Source of the DNA: Azolla caroliniana
Taxonomy: Eukaryota; Plantae; Polypodiophyta
Assembly: GCA_043228905.1 (NCBI GenBank)
Contig: JBHGNT010000011.1
Span: 9,486,001-9,550,000 of the forward strand
Direction: 5' to 3'
Length of the DNA stretch: 64,000 bases
Position 1 is the first letter of the stretch. Every line of letters starts with the position of its first letter. Positions 37,323 to 48,680 of this stretch are shown in pieces. The notes under the pieces are model-generated. The model saw only the letters and a program-made list of their open reading frames with translations. It was not told the DNA's origin and ran no database searches. Position numbers and translations under genes: made by a program.

Positions 37323-39707
37323 ATGGAGGGCTTATCATCGGAGTTTGGAACCCATAATAGTGATACTTCGACTCACAACGAATCACCATACAATGCTGAG
37401 TTCCCTCCACAACAAATGATGACTTTTGCGGCGACTACTTCCACTACACCCACTCCTACGAAACCTAGAAGCGCCAACAAACGTCCAACTAAAAGACCAC
37501 TAGCTCCAATAGTTTCAACTACTCCGACCCCTCCAAAAACTACTAGTACCCAGGTAATCTCCATTGAATCACCACTAATTTCCCAACACTTTGAAGATTA
37601 CAAGTGTCGGATAATCGCAGAGTTTAAAAACCTCTATCGAAAAGCAGAAAAAGCTAAAAAAACATACACTCGTATGTCAAACCTAAACTCTCAGAATATA
37701 GCCCCTCATAGCTTGAGAATCCATCCCCCTAGACTAATTATTGAGCAGGAAGATATTAATAAAAGCCTACAACTAGAGTTTACTTCCATCACAACACAAT
37801 ATAGTAAAGATCTCACTACCACATATGTTAAGCATTTAGATAGTCTTGTCCATTACTACACAAAAACAGTAGATGACTTTCCTATAACTATGCGTTCGGA
37901 TATACTCAAAATTGCTAATCTCCTAAAAGCCCCTGTTTATTTTGACGAAGTAGAGGAACCCAAATCAAGCCCAAACTCATTTAGCAAACAACTTGAAATT
38001 TTCCAAGAAGAGTTAGCAATTAATATTCTAAAAGAATGTAATACTATAGCTCTCTCATTCACTTATAGGGAAGCCTTTAAGGCAGCTTCTATGCAAAGAA
38101 AAGACAAAGCCCAATCAATAAATGACAACACTCAAAGCACAAGTAAGCACCATGTTAGAGAGATAGACATAGATATGGAGTCAGATGATGATATTGAAGA
38201 GGATATTGAAAAAGTTGTTGATAGTTTTGAGAAAGTACAATATAACAAATTTAAGTATACAGCTCAGCACAAAAACCCTAACTTGAGAACAAACCCTAAC
38301 CCTAACTTGAGAACAAACCCTAACCCTAATTTGAGAACAAACCCTAACCCTAACCCTAACTTGAGAACAAACCCTAACCCTAATCCCAACCCTAACTCTA
38401 AAACAATTCCCAATCTAAAAACTAACACTAACACAAACTCTAACCCGAAGCCTCGAATAACAAACCCGAAGCCTCCTCCACCACAAATTCACCGCGGATC
38501 ATCCAGGCACTGCAACCATCCTCAATTCATCTGCAACATAAATAATAATGAAGTTAGCATGAACCCATATCCTCACAACCTCAACCATCGAAACCCAAAA
38601 GTACTTTTCTATAGATCCAACGAGCTTTCGGTAGGCCCGAGCACAAACTCGGCCTACCCTCACCATAACCCGAACTCCAACTTTACCACTCATGCTTCCC
38701 TTCGTACAGGTCGTTCGCATCATCCGCCGCAAGATCTCCATCAACAACCTCCATCATCACTTTTCGGCGGCAATAGAGACATCAACGGCTATAATCATCC
38801 ACCACAAGATCTCCATCAACGACCACCATCATCACTTTTCGGCGGCAACAGAGACATCAACCACTATATGCATGCTTGGCCACATGCAGCACACGGAGCA
38901 CCTCCATCTCTGATCCATAGCCTCCACTCAACGACCGCACCTGCTCGATTCTCGTCGGCCCAACACAACCAACATTAGTCTGACAGGATTAATGCACATG
39001 CAGGCTACAACGAGGTTATGGCCTCTGGTCATACATTCGATTACAATAGAGTCCATCTCCCCCATTCTCACCTTCCTCCTCAGCTCCTCAGCCCTCCTTT
39101 GTATACTCAGCCCCTCGAGACCTCTCATCCCTCCTTTCCCCCTCAATTTTCTTTCCCTCCTCCTACGTTGGGGCAACACAGCCCATCCCTTTTCCACACC
39201 AAGACCCCAACTCCCTTTCCTTATTCATGGCCACCGCACCCATACCCCACTCACTCTCAAAACCCTCCCCCCACACTTTCTACTAATTCTTTGAATCCCC
39301 CCCCCCCCCTGTTACTTTCCAATATTCCCCTATTTAACCCCGTGCCCCCTTTTTGTAATGATCCTCACCCTAAGTTTCCCCCCAAAACTTTGTATAATTA
39401 TGGTCTTACCCCTCCCCCAATCTCTAATATAGCCCCAACACCCCCTAATATTTTCACACACTCCTCCCATGCCCCCCTCTCCATTCTTAATAATTCCACA
39501 CATGCCACACCCCCCTTATTTTCACATAATTTGAATAAGAACCCCTCCCTATTTACATCTAACACCCCTCCCCGTTTTCCTAATTTTAACTTATCGGCCC
39601 CAACCACCCACCCACATAATAAATCAAACCCACACAACTCTTACAAACCCCCCCGTCACCCCATAACTAAAACTCCGTCTTATACGTCTAAACCAAAAAA
39701 CGTGTAA
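37323..39707 (+). CDS. PLE ORF1 (helical N-domain, NP repeats, long Pro/His/Asn-rich tail); one in-frame TAG at 38976
   Basis: 551-aa ORF plus same-frame 229-aa ORF (offset 1695 nt, divisible by 3); ATG 15 nt after the pLTR. Confidence 0.75.
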
Positions 39708-41677
39708 CGAGGCGTGCTAAACGAATTAGTAAACGGTTTAAGCACACCTTACACCCGTGTAAACGTCTCTTTTACATACTAGATAGGCCCCCTTTAACGT
39801 GTGATACATACATGTGGCTAGGTAGAAAAAACTCCCATTTCCCCTTCTCCCCTTACACTAAATCATGCACTAAAAGGCTTAGATACAAGTTTTGGAAACC
39901 ACTTACTCCCACCGTAGACACGACTCCTATCTTAAAAAGCAAAATTCATAATCTTTCAAATTACGCCCTTAGTAAATTAGAAATCAAACTTTTAAACCTA
40001 GGACTTAAGTTTATACCCCCCTGTCCCCCACCTACTAACCAATCCATTCTTCAAGAATACCAAAACCTCAGTAGATGCTGGAGACTTAAACATTTCTTTA
40101 AAGACTTCAACTCTCCCCCCTCTAATCCCTTCAAACTACCCTACCCGAATTGGAACCCTCCTACTAAGTATCCACCATTAGAGTCTATACTCCATAAACA
40201 CAATATCTCTCTCTCCACAAACCTCCATAATAATATACTGCCTAATACCAAAATACCACTACACCTCCAAATAGCACTAACCAGCCTTAGAAAAAACAAA
40301 CAAATAATCATCCTACCAGCGGACAAAAACATCGGAGTTTGTGTCCTCGATAAAAAAACATACCTAGATAAAGCCCTAGAACATTTATTTGACATCACTA
40401 CATATAAAAAAGTTAATAGTCTCCCATTAGAAGAATTTTTAAGTCGACTACATGACATAGTCAACCGTAACCTTAATATCCTGTCTCTCATAGAAATACA
40501 ATTTATCCTACACAAACCTCCTAAAGGTTACTCAGTACCTAATATGTACTTCCTACCAAAGGTACATAAAACCCTTGTTAGCTATAGACCAATTTGCTCA
40601 TATAATGGTTCATTATTTGAACAAACGTCTAAATGGCTTCACCACCAACTCCTCCCTATACTTCTACGTCAAAAACAATATCTTAGGGACTCCCATTCCC
40701 TTGTCCAAACCTTAGAACAACTTATAACACCACCCAATAGCTTCATTTTTTATTTTGATGTTGAATCACTCTACCCTAGCATCCCACCAAAACTAGGACT
40801 CTTAGCCCTAAAAAATATTATTTCCCCCCACTTTTCGAACCAAAAAACTAATTTGATTTATACCCTTAGCGCCCTCACTTTAGAATACCACTTCCTAAAA
40901 TTCAACAACCAAATTTATCAACAGGTAAAAGGAACAACCATGGGCAGTAATTTTTCCGTTGTCTACGCATGTCTCTTCCTCTCATATGTAGAAAATTCCA
41001 ATCCATCACCCCACCTTTTCTATTTCACTAGGTATATTGATGATGCCTTTGGCGTTTGGACTGGTACTAAACCCCAACTTTTCGAATACCTAAACTTCTA
41101 TAGTAACACTACTCAAAACTCTATCAAACTAACCATACATACTTCTTACACGAAACTACCCTTTTTAGACTTGTGGATTAACTTAGATAATAATAGATTC
41201 ACTTTTAATTGCTTTCAAAAAACACTTAATACATATCAATACATCCCTTATTCCTCCAATCACCCTCTCCATGTGAAAAATAGTTTCGTTTCAAATGAAT
41301 TAAAAAGATATATGGTTAGAGAAAGCACATCCCTAGGTTATTTAAATATGCAAAAGAAATTCTTTACGAGACTTAGGGCCTAAGGTTATCCCACGCATTT
41401 TATTCTAAAGAACTTTAGAAAACACCCTTACTCCCTTAGAAACACTCTCCTCTTCAAAGAAAAAACTAAAAAAACCACCCCACCCACTATCTTTAAACTT
41501 AGATATACTCGCCATACCCCCACACTAATTATCAAAGAAATGCTCAATAGCCTACACTCTAGCCTACAATTAGATCCCCAACTACAAAATATCCCTAAAC
41601 CCATTATTTGTTGGACAAAATCCAAAAACCTCCACTCTTTTCTAGTCAAAACTAAAAACATCCTAGAACCCCCATAA
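39692..41677 (+). CDS. PLE reverse transcriptase with thumb, no GIY-YIG; one premature TAA at 41381
   Basis: ILPADKN, YFLPKVHK, YRPICS, FDVESLYPSI, GTTMGS, RYIDD, LPFLDL, YSSNHP, RLRA*GYP; frame open from 39692 to TAA 41675. Confidence 0.93.
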
Positions 41678-41804
41678 ACATATTTTCTCACCCTTCATAT
41701 ATCCCCCTTCCTCGTTCCTCCCTCGTTCCCCCTTACTACTATTTACTAGTCACACATCTCCTTTTTCCCATTCCCTCCTATCTATACTCCTCTATTATTC
41801 CCTT

Positions 41805-41903
41805 ATATTTCACTAAAATCTATATTTCTCTCTCTCTCTCCCTTTTTTCTCCCTTCTCCCTTCCCCCTCCCCTATACCTCTACACATTTCACTAAAATCC
41901 ATA

Positions 41904-41940
<37 letters not shown>

Positions 41941-42016
41941 TTTTTCTCCCTTCTCCCTTCCCCCTCCCCTATACCTCTCACTACCTTTTTCTACACATTT
42001 CACTAAAATCCATAGT

Positions 42017-42047
<31 letters not shown>

Positions 42048-42121
42048 TTTTTCTCCCTTCTCCCTTCCCCCTCCCCTATACCTCTCACTACCTTTTTCTA
42101 CACATTTCACTAAAATCCATA

Positions 42122-42166
<45 letters not shown>

Positions 42167-42215
42167 TCCCCCTCCCCTATACCTCTCACTACCTTTTTAT
42201 ACACTCTCTCTCTTC
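41805..42215 (+). repeat. Pyrimidine-rich tandem repeat (~4 units of 80-110 bp with (CT)n) in the PLE 3' UTR
   Basis: Recurring ATTTCACTAAAATC...(CT)n...CCCCTCCCCTATACCTCT. Confidence 0.9.
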
Positions 42216-42588
42216 CCTCGTTTCCCTCAAACCTTCTCCCCACCACCTCTTACTAACTTCCTTTTTCATTTTCCTTCCTTAATTTTCACCTTCTCACCAT
42301 CTTATGTTTACTTACTTATAATTACATACCCTATCACTCATTCATTTCCCCTCATAACCATATCCAACTCACTCATCTGTCTTATCACCCTATCAATCTT
42401 CCTATCACCAACTCATTTCCCCCTTTATCACCACCCCCTCTATCATCAAGATCTTCCACCTTAAATCCTTATAGCCTTCCATCTATTTACACTCTTATTA
42501 CACCCCACTCACTATGATTATACTTTCCCTCTTTCTCCTCCCTTCCCCATTCTCAACATCCTATATAAACCACCATTTGTATTTCCAT

Positions 42589-42643
42589 GACCTTTTGCAC
42601 TGATGAGCTCTAAGCAAGCGAAACTAGTTTGTTGCATAAGGTC
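42589..42643 (+). ncRNA. Type I hammerhead ribozyme motif, 3' copy (intact CUGAUGA/GAAA core)
   Basis: GACCTTTTGCA-CTGATGA-GCT ctaagca AGC-GAAA-CTAG-TT-TGTTGCATAAGGTC. Confidence 0.85.
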
Positions 42644-42673
42644 TTTCCTTTCATTTTAATGAAAACTTCTTGA

Positions 42674-42708
<35 letters not shown>

Positions 42709-43541
42709 TAGAATCTCTTCTTTTACTATTACATTATCTACTATATCACAAAGTCGCCTGCACTCCTTGCTACAACCGAACGGTTAATAACAGAAAAGGC
42801 CTGGAGAAGGGATTCCGCTTCCCGGAGACTACTTAAGCTGCTTCCTTCGTTCGGGTAGGCGTTTTGTTGTAGACGGAGCGACTCCTCCACCACTTTCCGG
42901 ATAACTTTTGAGAATGATCGATCCGATCGGATTTCTTCTGCCGCTTGCTAGAAAGCCTCTCGCCGCCTTCGTCGTTCAGCAAGTCTTCTTGCTCTCTCCG
43001 TAATCGGGTCGTCCGTTGGCCTAGTCATCCATCCCTGTCGTTGTTCACTGCGATTGTGCAGGAATCGTGGTCGCCAAAAACTGTGTTAATCCTTAGGGCC
43101 GGACAACAACCTAACACAGGGTGTCCACTTAAGACACTTCACCAAAGGATGTTACGGCGAGATAACTTACGACACAACGTTTAATTAGACCTTAATCAGT
43201 TACTTAGCAATACGTCATTAACACGCGTAAGATATACAATAAGCACAGAATGGTGAACAATACTCAATGATTAACAAAAGGTTTATATTACTCTACGTTA
43301 ATGACTACATTGTAACCGGGCCTTTATATAGGTCACCGGTGCGAAGTACAAAACGGTGCCAACCGGCACCTATTCGGGATCGGGCCGGATCCGGATCGGC
43401 ATACCGATTCGGTCGGTCCGTCCACATCTTCTCATATATTAATATATTAAGACTAGTAATTACAACAAATTCCCAAATAACAATTCCCCTTTTCACACTC
43501 TGGTCTGGACATCTTCTAGCCCTCTTGTCGGCCGGGTAACA

Positions 43542-46500
43542 CGAAATACTTCACGCATAATGATATCTATTGTTTCTTGACTACTGATGCTTTTTACGCA
43601 GGGTAGAAAATGTGCCATCTTTGTAAACCGATCCACTACGGTGAAAATAACATCAAAAACTTGTGAAGGTCGCAGATCTGTAATGAAATCCATACTAATT
43701 GATTGCCATGGCTTGCTCAGAGTTGGCAATGGTTGTAACAACCCATAAGGATGATGCCTAGGAATTTTAGCTCGGCAACATGTGTCACATGTGCGAACAT
43801 AATTTTCAACGAATTGTTGTAAATGAGGCCACCAAAATAATCGCTTCACTAGCTCCATGGTCTTGGCAATATCAAAGTGTTCGGCCATACGGGCATCATG
43901 ACAGTGCTCCAACACTCAAAGGCGTGGTGATCCATTAGGGACATAAAGTAGATTCTTGTAGAAAAGTAAGTTACCTTACCACTTGAACTCCTTATAGCGT
44001 CGAGATGTCCCTGGCAATGTGGAGCAAAATGCATGATTTGGACCAAGGTGGGTGAGGACATCCCTAGCAAAATCATCAAAGTTAAGTTGTTGTCAAATAG
44101 TATCAAGAAGACTTGAATCCAATGGCGTGACACAAACCGTGGTTGCTTGTAGCTTTGTTGAACCAAGGAGAACTTGCTTTTGATTGTCGAAAGCTGGATC
44201 TCTAGGGTGAAGTGTCAAATATGAGCGCTGGTTCCCTGGGTGGAAAATGATCTTGAAATCAAAACGAGTTAAAATTTGCGCCCACCGAGCTTGTCGCCTA
44301 TTTAGCACTCGAGTCGTTTGAAAATATGTAAGATTTTTGTGGTCACTATAAATGATGATTTGATGAGGTGAACCTTCCAAGAACTGTCTCCATTGCGTAA
44401 AAGAGTCGACCACAGCTAGTAACTCTTTGTCATGCACCTCGTGGTTGATCTCCGTAGCATTAAACTTCCTTGAATAAAACGCGACTGGATGTAAGTGCCC
44501 ATCTTCACCTGGTTGTGATAGGATGCTCCCCAATGCAAAGTTGGAGGCATCTACCTCAATGATAAATGCTTTTCTAGATCAACATGAGCTAAGACAGGAG
44601 CTGATGTGAATGCCTCTTTCAACTGAGTAAAGGCTTTGTCTACTTCAGGAGTCCAAACAAATGCTTGATTTTTCTTGGTGAGTTGAGTAAGTGGCAATAC
44701 AATCTTCGAATAATTCCATATGAATTTGCGGTAGAAGTTGGCAAATCCAAGGAAACACTGGACATCGCGAACAGAACTTGGAGTATGCCATTCCAATAGT
44801 GTTTGAACTTTCGTTGGATCCATGAAGATACCTTTGGATGAAATGGTATAACCCAAGAACTCAACTTCTTTGCAATCAAAACTGCACTTCTCTAGTTTGG
44901 CATAAAGACCATACTCTCTTAAGCGTTGGAGTACCTTCCGGACATGTATATCATGCTCCACTTGTGTTCTAGAGTAAATCAATAGATCATCTAAATAGAT
45001 GATAAGAAAGATATCTAGAAAATCTCGGAAAATGTCATTTGCCATATGTTGAAACACGGCAGGAGCATTTGTGAGCCCAAAAGGCATAACTGTATACTCG
45101 AAATGGGCATATCGAGCGAAATGCAGTCTTCCCCTCATCTCCCAATCGAATACGGCCAAGATTAGATGCACCCCTTAGATCAATCTTGGTAAAATGCTTT
45201 GCCCCACCAATGCGCTCTAAAAGACTGGAAATTAAAGGTAGAGCATACCTATTTCTTATTGTCATTTTATTTAATCCCCGATAATCCACGACCAAACGAA
45301 GTGAGCCGTCCTTTTTCTTCACGAAAAAGATAGGAGCACCAGCTGGAGACTTTGAATGTCAAATAAATCCACTTGCAAGATTCTCGTCAATGTATGCTCG
45401 AAAAACCTCAAGCTCCGTTGGTGATAGATTGTAGATCGGACCCCATGGTGGCTCTTTTCCTGGATGTAGATCAATGGGACAATCGTATGGCTGATGCTTT
45501 GGAAGTACACTAGCTTTGACTTTGTCGAAGACATTAGCATATTTTTGGTACTTTTTAGGAATGTAGACCTTTGACGTCCCTTGAGTGTCATTAGAAGGTG
45601 CAGCTGATATGGCAAATAAGAATAAATCTTCTTTTGCTCCTTCTTGGCATAATTGTTCTAGGGTGATGGTTGGAATTTGATGAAGAGGAACAACATGTTT
45701 GGTACAGGGTGAATTGGTAACACTATGTTTTTCAAGGGCACGATCCTGGGTTCAACCCTTGACTACTAAGTTTCCTTTTGAAGGGCACCTAATTTCTTGT
45801 CGTCTCCAATCAATTCTTGGGTTGTGTAGCTCGAACCGTGGCAAACCAAGGACTATTGGATGCTTAGGGCTACGGATTATGTTAAAGGAGACCACACATC
45901 CTAAATCACCTAAGAGTATGTGTATCGGCTCAGACTCCTCGAATATCTTTCTAGAAGCTATGGGATGTCCATCAATCACTACTACGGAAATTGGGCAAGG
46001 AAGTTTATGCAAGGCTATTTGATGTTTTCGGGCAAACTCTCTATCCATGAAACAAGAATTGGCTCCGGTATCTAAGAGAGCTGGGACATGAAATTGACAA
46101 CTTGGTGTCCTAACTTGTACTTGACTTGAGAAATCTCTACTAACATGCTTGGAAGAGATGGAACCCACACTAAGCTATACAGATTGAGGACTGTCCAACC
46201 AAACGGCTCCGATTTTGGCCGGACTTATTCGCTTGACTCCTCTTCTAATTGGCTTAGGACCTCAAACTTATTGGATAGAGTTGGATTACTAGAAACACTA
46301 ATTGGCACCGTTTCAACAATGCGAGACTCATTTCTATTATCATAGTTAATGTGATGTACCTGACGTCTCGGTCTGTGTGGACAATGAATGGCAATATGTC
46401 CTGGACCTCCACAATATAAGCATAGTCAATTTGCTCGACAACGTTGTTTCTCTTCATCTGATAAAGGTCCTTGTCGCCGGGTCATATCAATCTCCATCAG

Positions 46501-47369
46501 TGTCAGGCTATCCATTGGTGTTGGGCTACATGCTTTCCGTGGAGTTGGGACGGGGCTATATTGTTGCCTTGGAGATTGTGCCATCACTGATGCATAAGTT
46601 GGCATAAATCTTGATCTTGTTTGTTGTTGTTGTCGCTCGGACCGATGCTCAAAAAGCCGATTATCACACCGTATTGCTCAGTTAATAGCTTCTGTAAGGG
46701 ATTTTGGATCCTCAGGGAAGGTAAGAAGGAAATCTTTTACATCTCCACAGAGGCCCAAACGAAACTGCTCCATTAGAGCTTGTTTGTCCCAAGGAATGTC
46801 ACTTCCAATGAGACGAAAATTGGCTACATACATTGATGCTCGTTGATCCCCTTGTCGCAATGTGCGAATCTTGTTGATTGTTGTTCTTACACTATCTGTG
46901 TCTCCGAAGCAAGCCTTAAACTCTTTGATAAATTCTTCAAAGTTGTTGAGTAGGGGCGAATTTGCTTCTAGCAATGGAGCAAACCATGACAATGCTGTGC
47001 CAGTCAATAAAGTCCCCACTAACCCGACTCGAGATGAATCCGTCGGAAAACGCGTGGGATGCATCTGAATTACCAACCGCACTTGATTTATATAACCCCG
47101 AAAATGTGCTCTCGACCCATCGAATTTAGCTGGGAGGCTGATTTTGGGCTCCTTAAGAACTCCTTGACTGTCGACTTTCAATTGTGGTGAAGCTACTATT
47201 GCTGACTCTAGTTGTTGAACCCTTCGTGTATTTGTTGCTTCTCTACTGAAACCTTTTGTAGGTCTTCAAGCAATCGTTGATTCTCCAACTCTAGTGATGC
47301 AAACTTGCTTTTGAGATTTTCCATTTCTACAACAAGGGCAAAGTATTCTTGTGCGTTGCCAGCTGCCAT
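43542..47369 (-). pseudogene. gag-PR-RT-RH-IN(N-term) of E, disrupted
   Basis: ORFs 46678-47181, 45752-46168, 45035-45322, 44551-45171, 44093-44533, 43493-43915. Confidence 0.92.
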
Positions 47370-48049
47370 GGGTACTTACTAGTGTTTGTGGAAGAGGCTA
47401 GATGAGAAGAAGAAATTCAAATCAAACTGTCAGAACCAAGAGAGAAGGTAAAGTGATAGAAGAAAGATATAAAGAGATCACAAGAAGAGGAATGAAATGA
47501 TAAGAGAAGAATGAATGTATTATAGTAGAATAAGAATGGATACAAGATAGGCGATGAGAGCTTAAGACTAGTGTTGATTCGAATTGGTTTTGAGAAGAAT
47601 TGTATGTCCATATTTATAGGTTCCTATAGAATAACCTAGTGATTTCTATAATGTTCTAGAATGTTCTAGACCTAGAATATTCTAAGATGTTCTAGGATAT
47701 TCTAGAATGTTTTACGATGTTCTAGAACATTTAAAATATCAATCTATTATAAGAAGTAGCTTTTATTATTTCATATAATCATATGTTATCTTAATGGTTA
47801 GGTTCTTGATTATGTATTACAAGGTCTTGGGTTCAAGCCCAAGTGAAGCCACATAATGTTCACGGATTCATGACACTATCCCTCGCAAAACATTATCAAT
47901 CTGGCTATAAAATACCACACTTATTCTCTGATAAAAAAGAAGAAGAAGAACAAGGAGAACGTGAAGAAGAAATGGTATATCTCTATATATAAGAGATGCA
48001 TAATCAGTTAGAAGTTGACCTTCTTCTTCTTTCAAGTTCTCATTCCTTT

Positions 48050-48680
48050 GCTAAAGAGTTTGCAAGGCTTTTATGTAAATGCCGGAATGGTAGAAACAGA
48101 GTATATGCTCTACAACTCTATGAGTGCATCTGCATAAAAGGACTGTAATGTGATAAAGTATTAGGAAACTATTGGGTTCCTTTGTTTGTTAAAGTTGGAT
48201 GTATGCTCGATGCTCTCTATCAGTTCGATCGTACATCTCTTCGCAATGAGCTTTCATGAAATTTCATGCTATCAGGTTACAACAATTGTGGTCAGCCACA
48301 GAAAGCATTGGATCTATGCAAAACGATGAGAAACGTTGATGTTTCTTCTTCACATCCAAATGAACATACTTTTGTTGCTTTGCTCAAGGCTTGTATAAGG
48401 TTAAGAGACATGAGAACAAGTCTTCATGTACATGTAGAATGTGATTCGAGAGGTTTCCTACATAGTGATATCTCATTGGCTACCACTTTCGTTGATACTT
48501 ATGCAAATGTGGCTCAATCGAGAGAGCTAGATAGGTTTTCAAAAAATTACATGTTAGAGATACAATCCCCTGGACATCATTGATGGTTGGATAAGCTGAG
48601 AATGGAAAATCTGAAGAAGTAGTTGAATGCTTTGAAAAGATGCAATCTGATGGTATCTTCCCTAATATAGTTATATTGTG
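48050..48680 (+). pseudogene. PLS-class pentatricopeptide-repeat (PPR) gene fragment inside the MULE
   Basis: MLSGYNNCGQPQKALDL, PNEHTFVALLKAC, TTFVDTYA/KCGSIERAR*VF, WTSLMVG*AENG...FEKMQSDGIFPN; stops and a frameshift. Confidence 0.85.

Larger units (their letters stand above)
36946..42800 (+). mobile_element. Penelope-like element (PLE), endonuclease-deficient, with direct terminal repeats (pLTRs)
   Basis: ~360-bp direct repeats 36946-37307 and 42440-42800 without TG..CA; PLE-type RT; hammerhead motifs; inserted in gag of G. Confidence 0.92.
27601..43541 (-). mobile_element. Full-length non-chromovirus Ty3/gypsy element G with a large extra 3' ORF
   Basis: 458-bp LTRs 27601-28058 and 43084-43541; TSD CTAAA/CGAAA; PBS TGGCGACCAC at 43067-43076; gag with CCHC knuckles, PR IDGGSGVN, RT FLDD, RH VDASD, IN GLDFVGPF; no chromodomain. 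Confidence 0.95.
20480..47875 (-). mobile_element. Ty3/gypsy chromovirus E (Tcn1-like) split by copia F and gypsy G
   Basis: LTRs 20480-20917 and 47428-47875 (TGTCA...TGACA); PPT 20918-20931; gag 46225-47369, PR LLDTGAN, RT YLDD, RH, IN (43542-43915, 27115-27600) and group I chromodomain. Confidence 0.95.

Noticed and set aside
38976-38978. Programmed stop readthrough in PLE ORF1
   Set aside because: Context is not a typical readthrough motif; CAG>TAG decay is simpler, and many such stops occur in the window.
41678-42440. Possible GIY-YIG endonuclease after the PLE RT
   Set aside because: Region is a pyrimidine-rich non-coding repeat; no GIY/YIG or CCHH motif recognisable.
48266-48583. Functional host PPR gene
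   Set aside because: Multiple stops and a frameshift; lies inside MULE TIRs.
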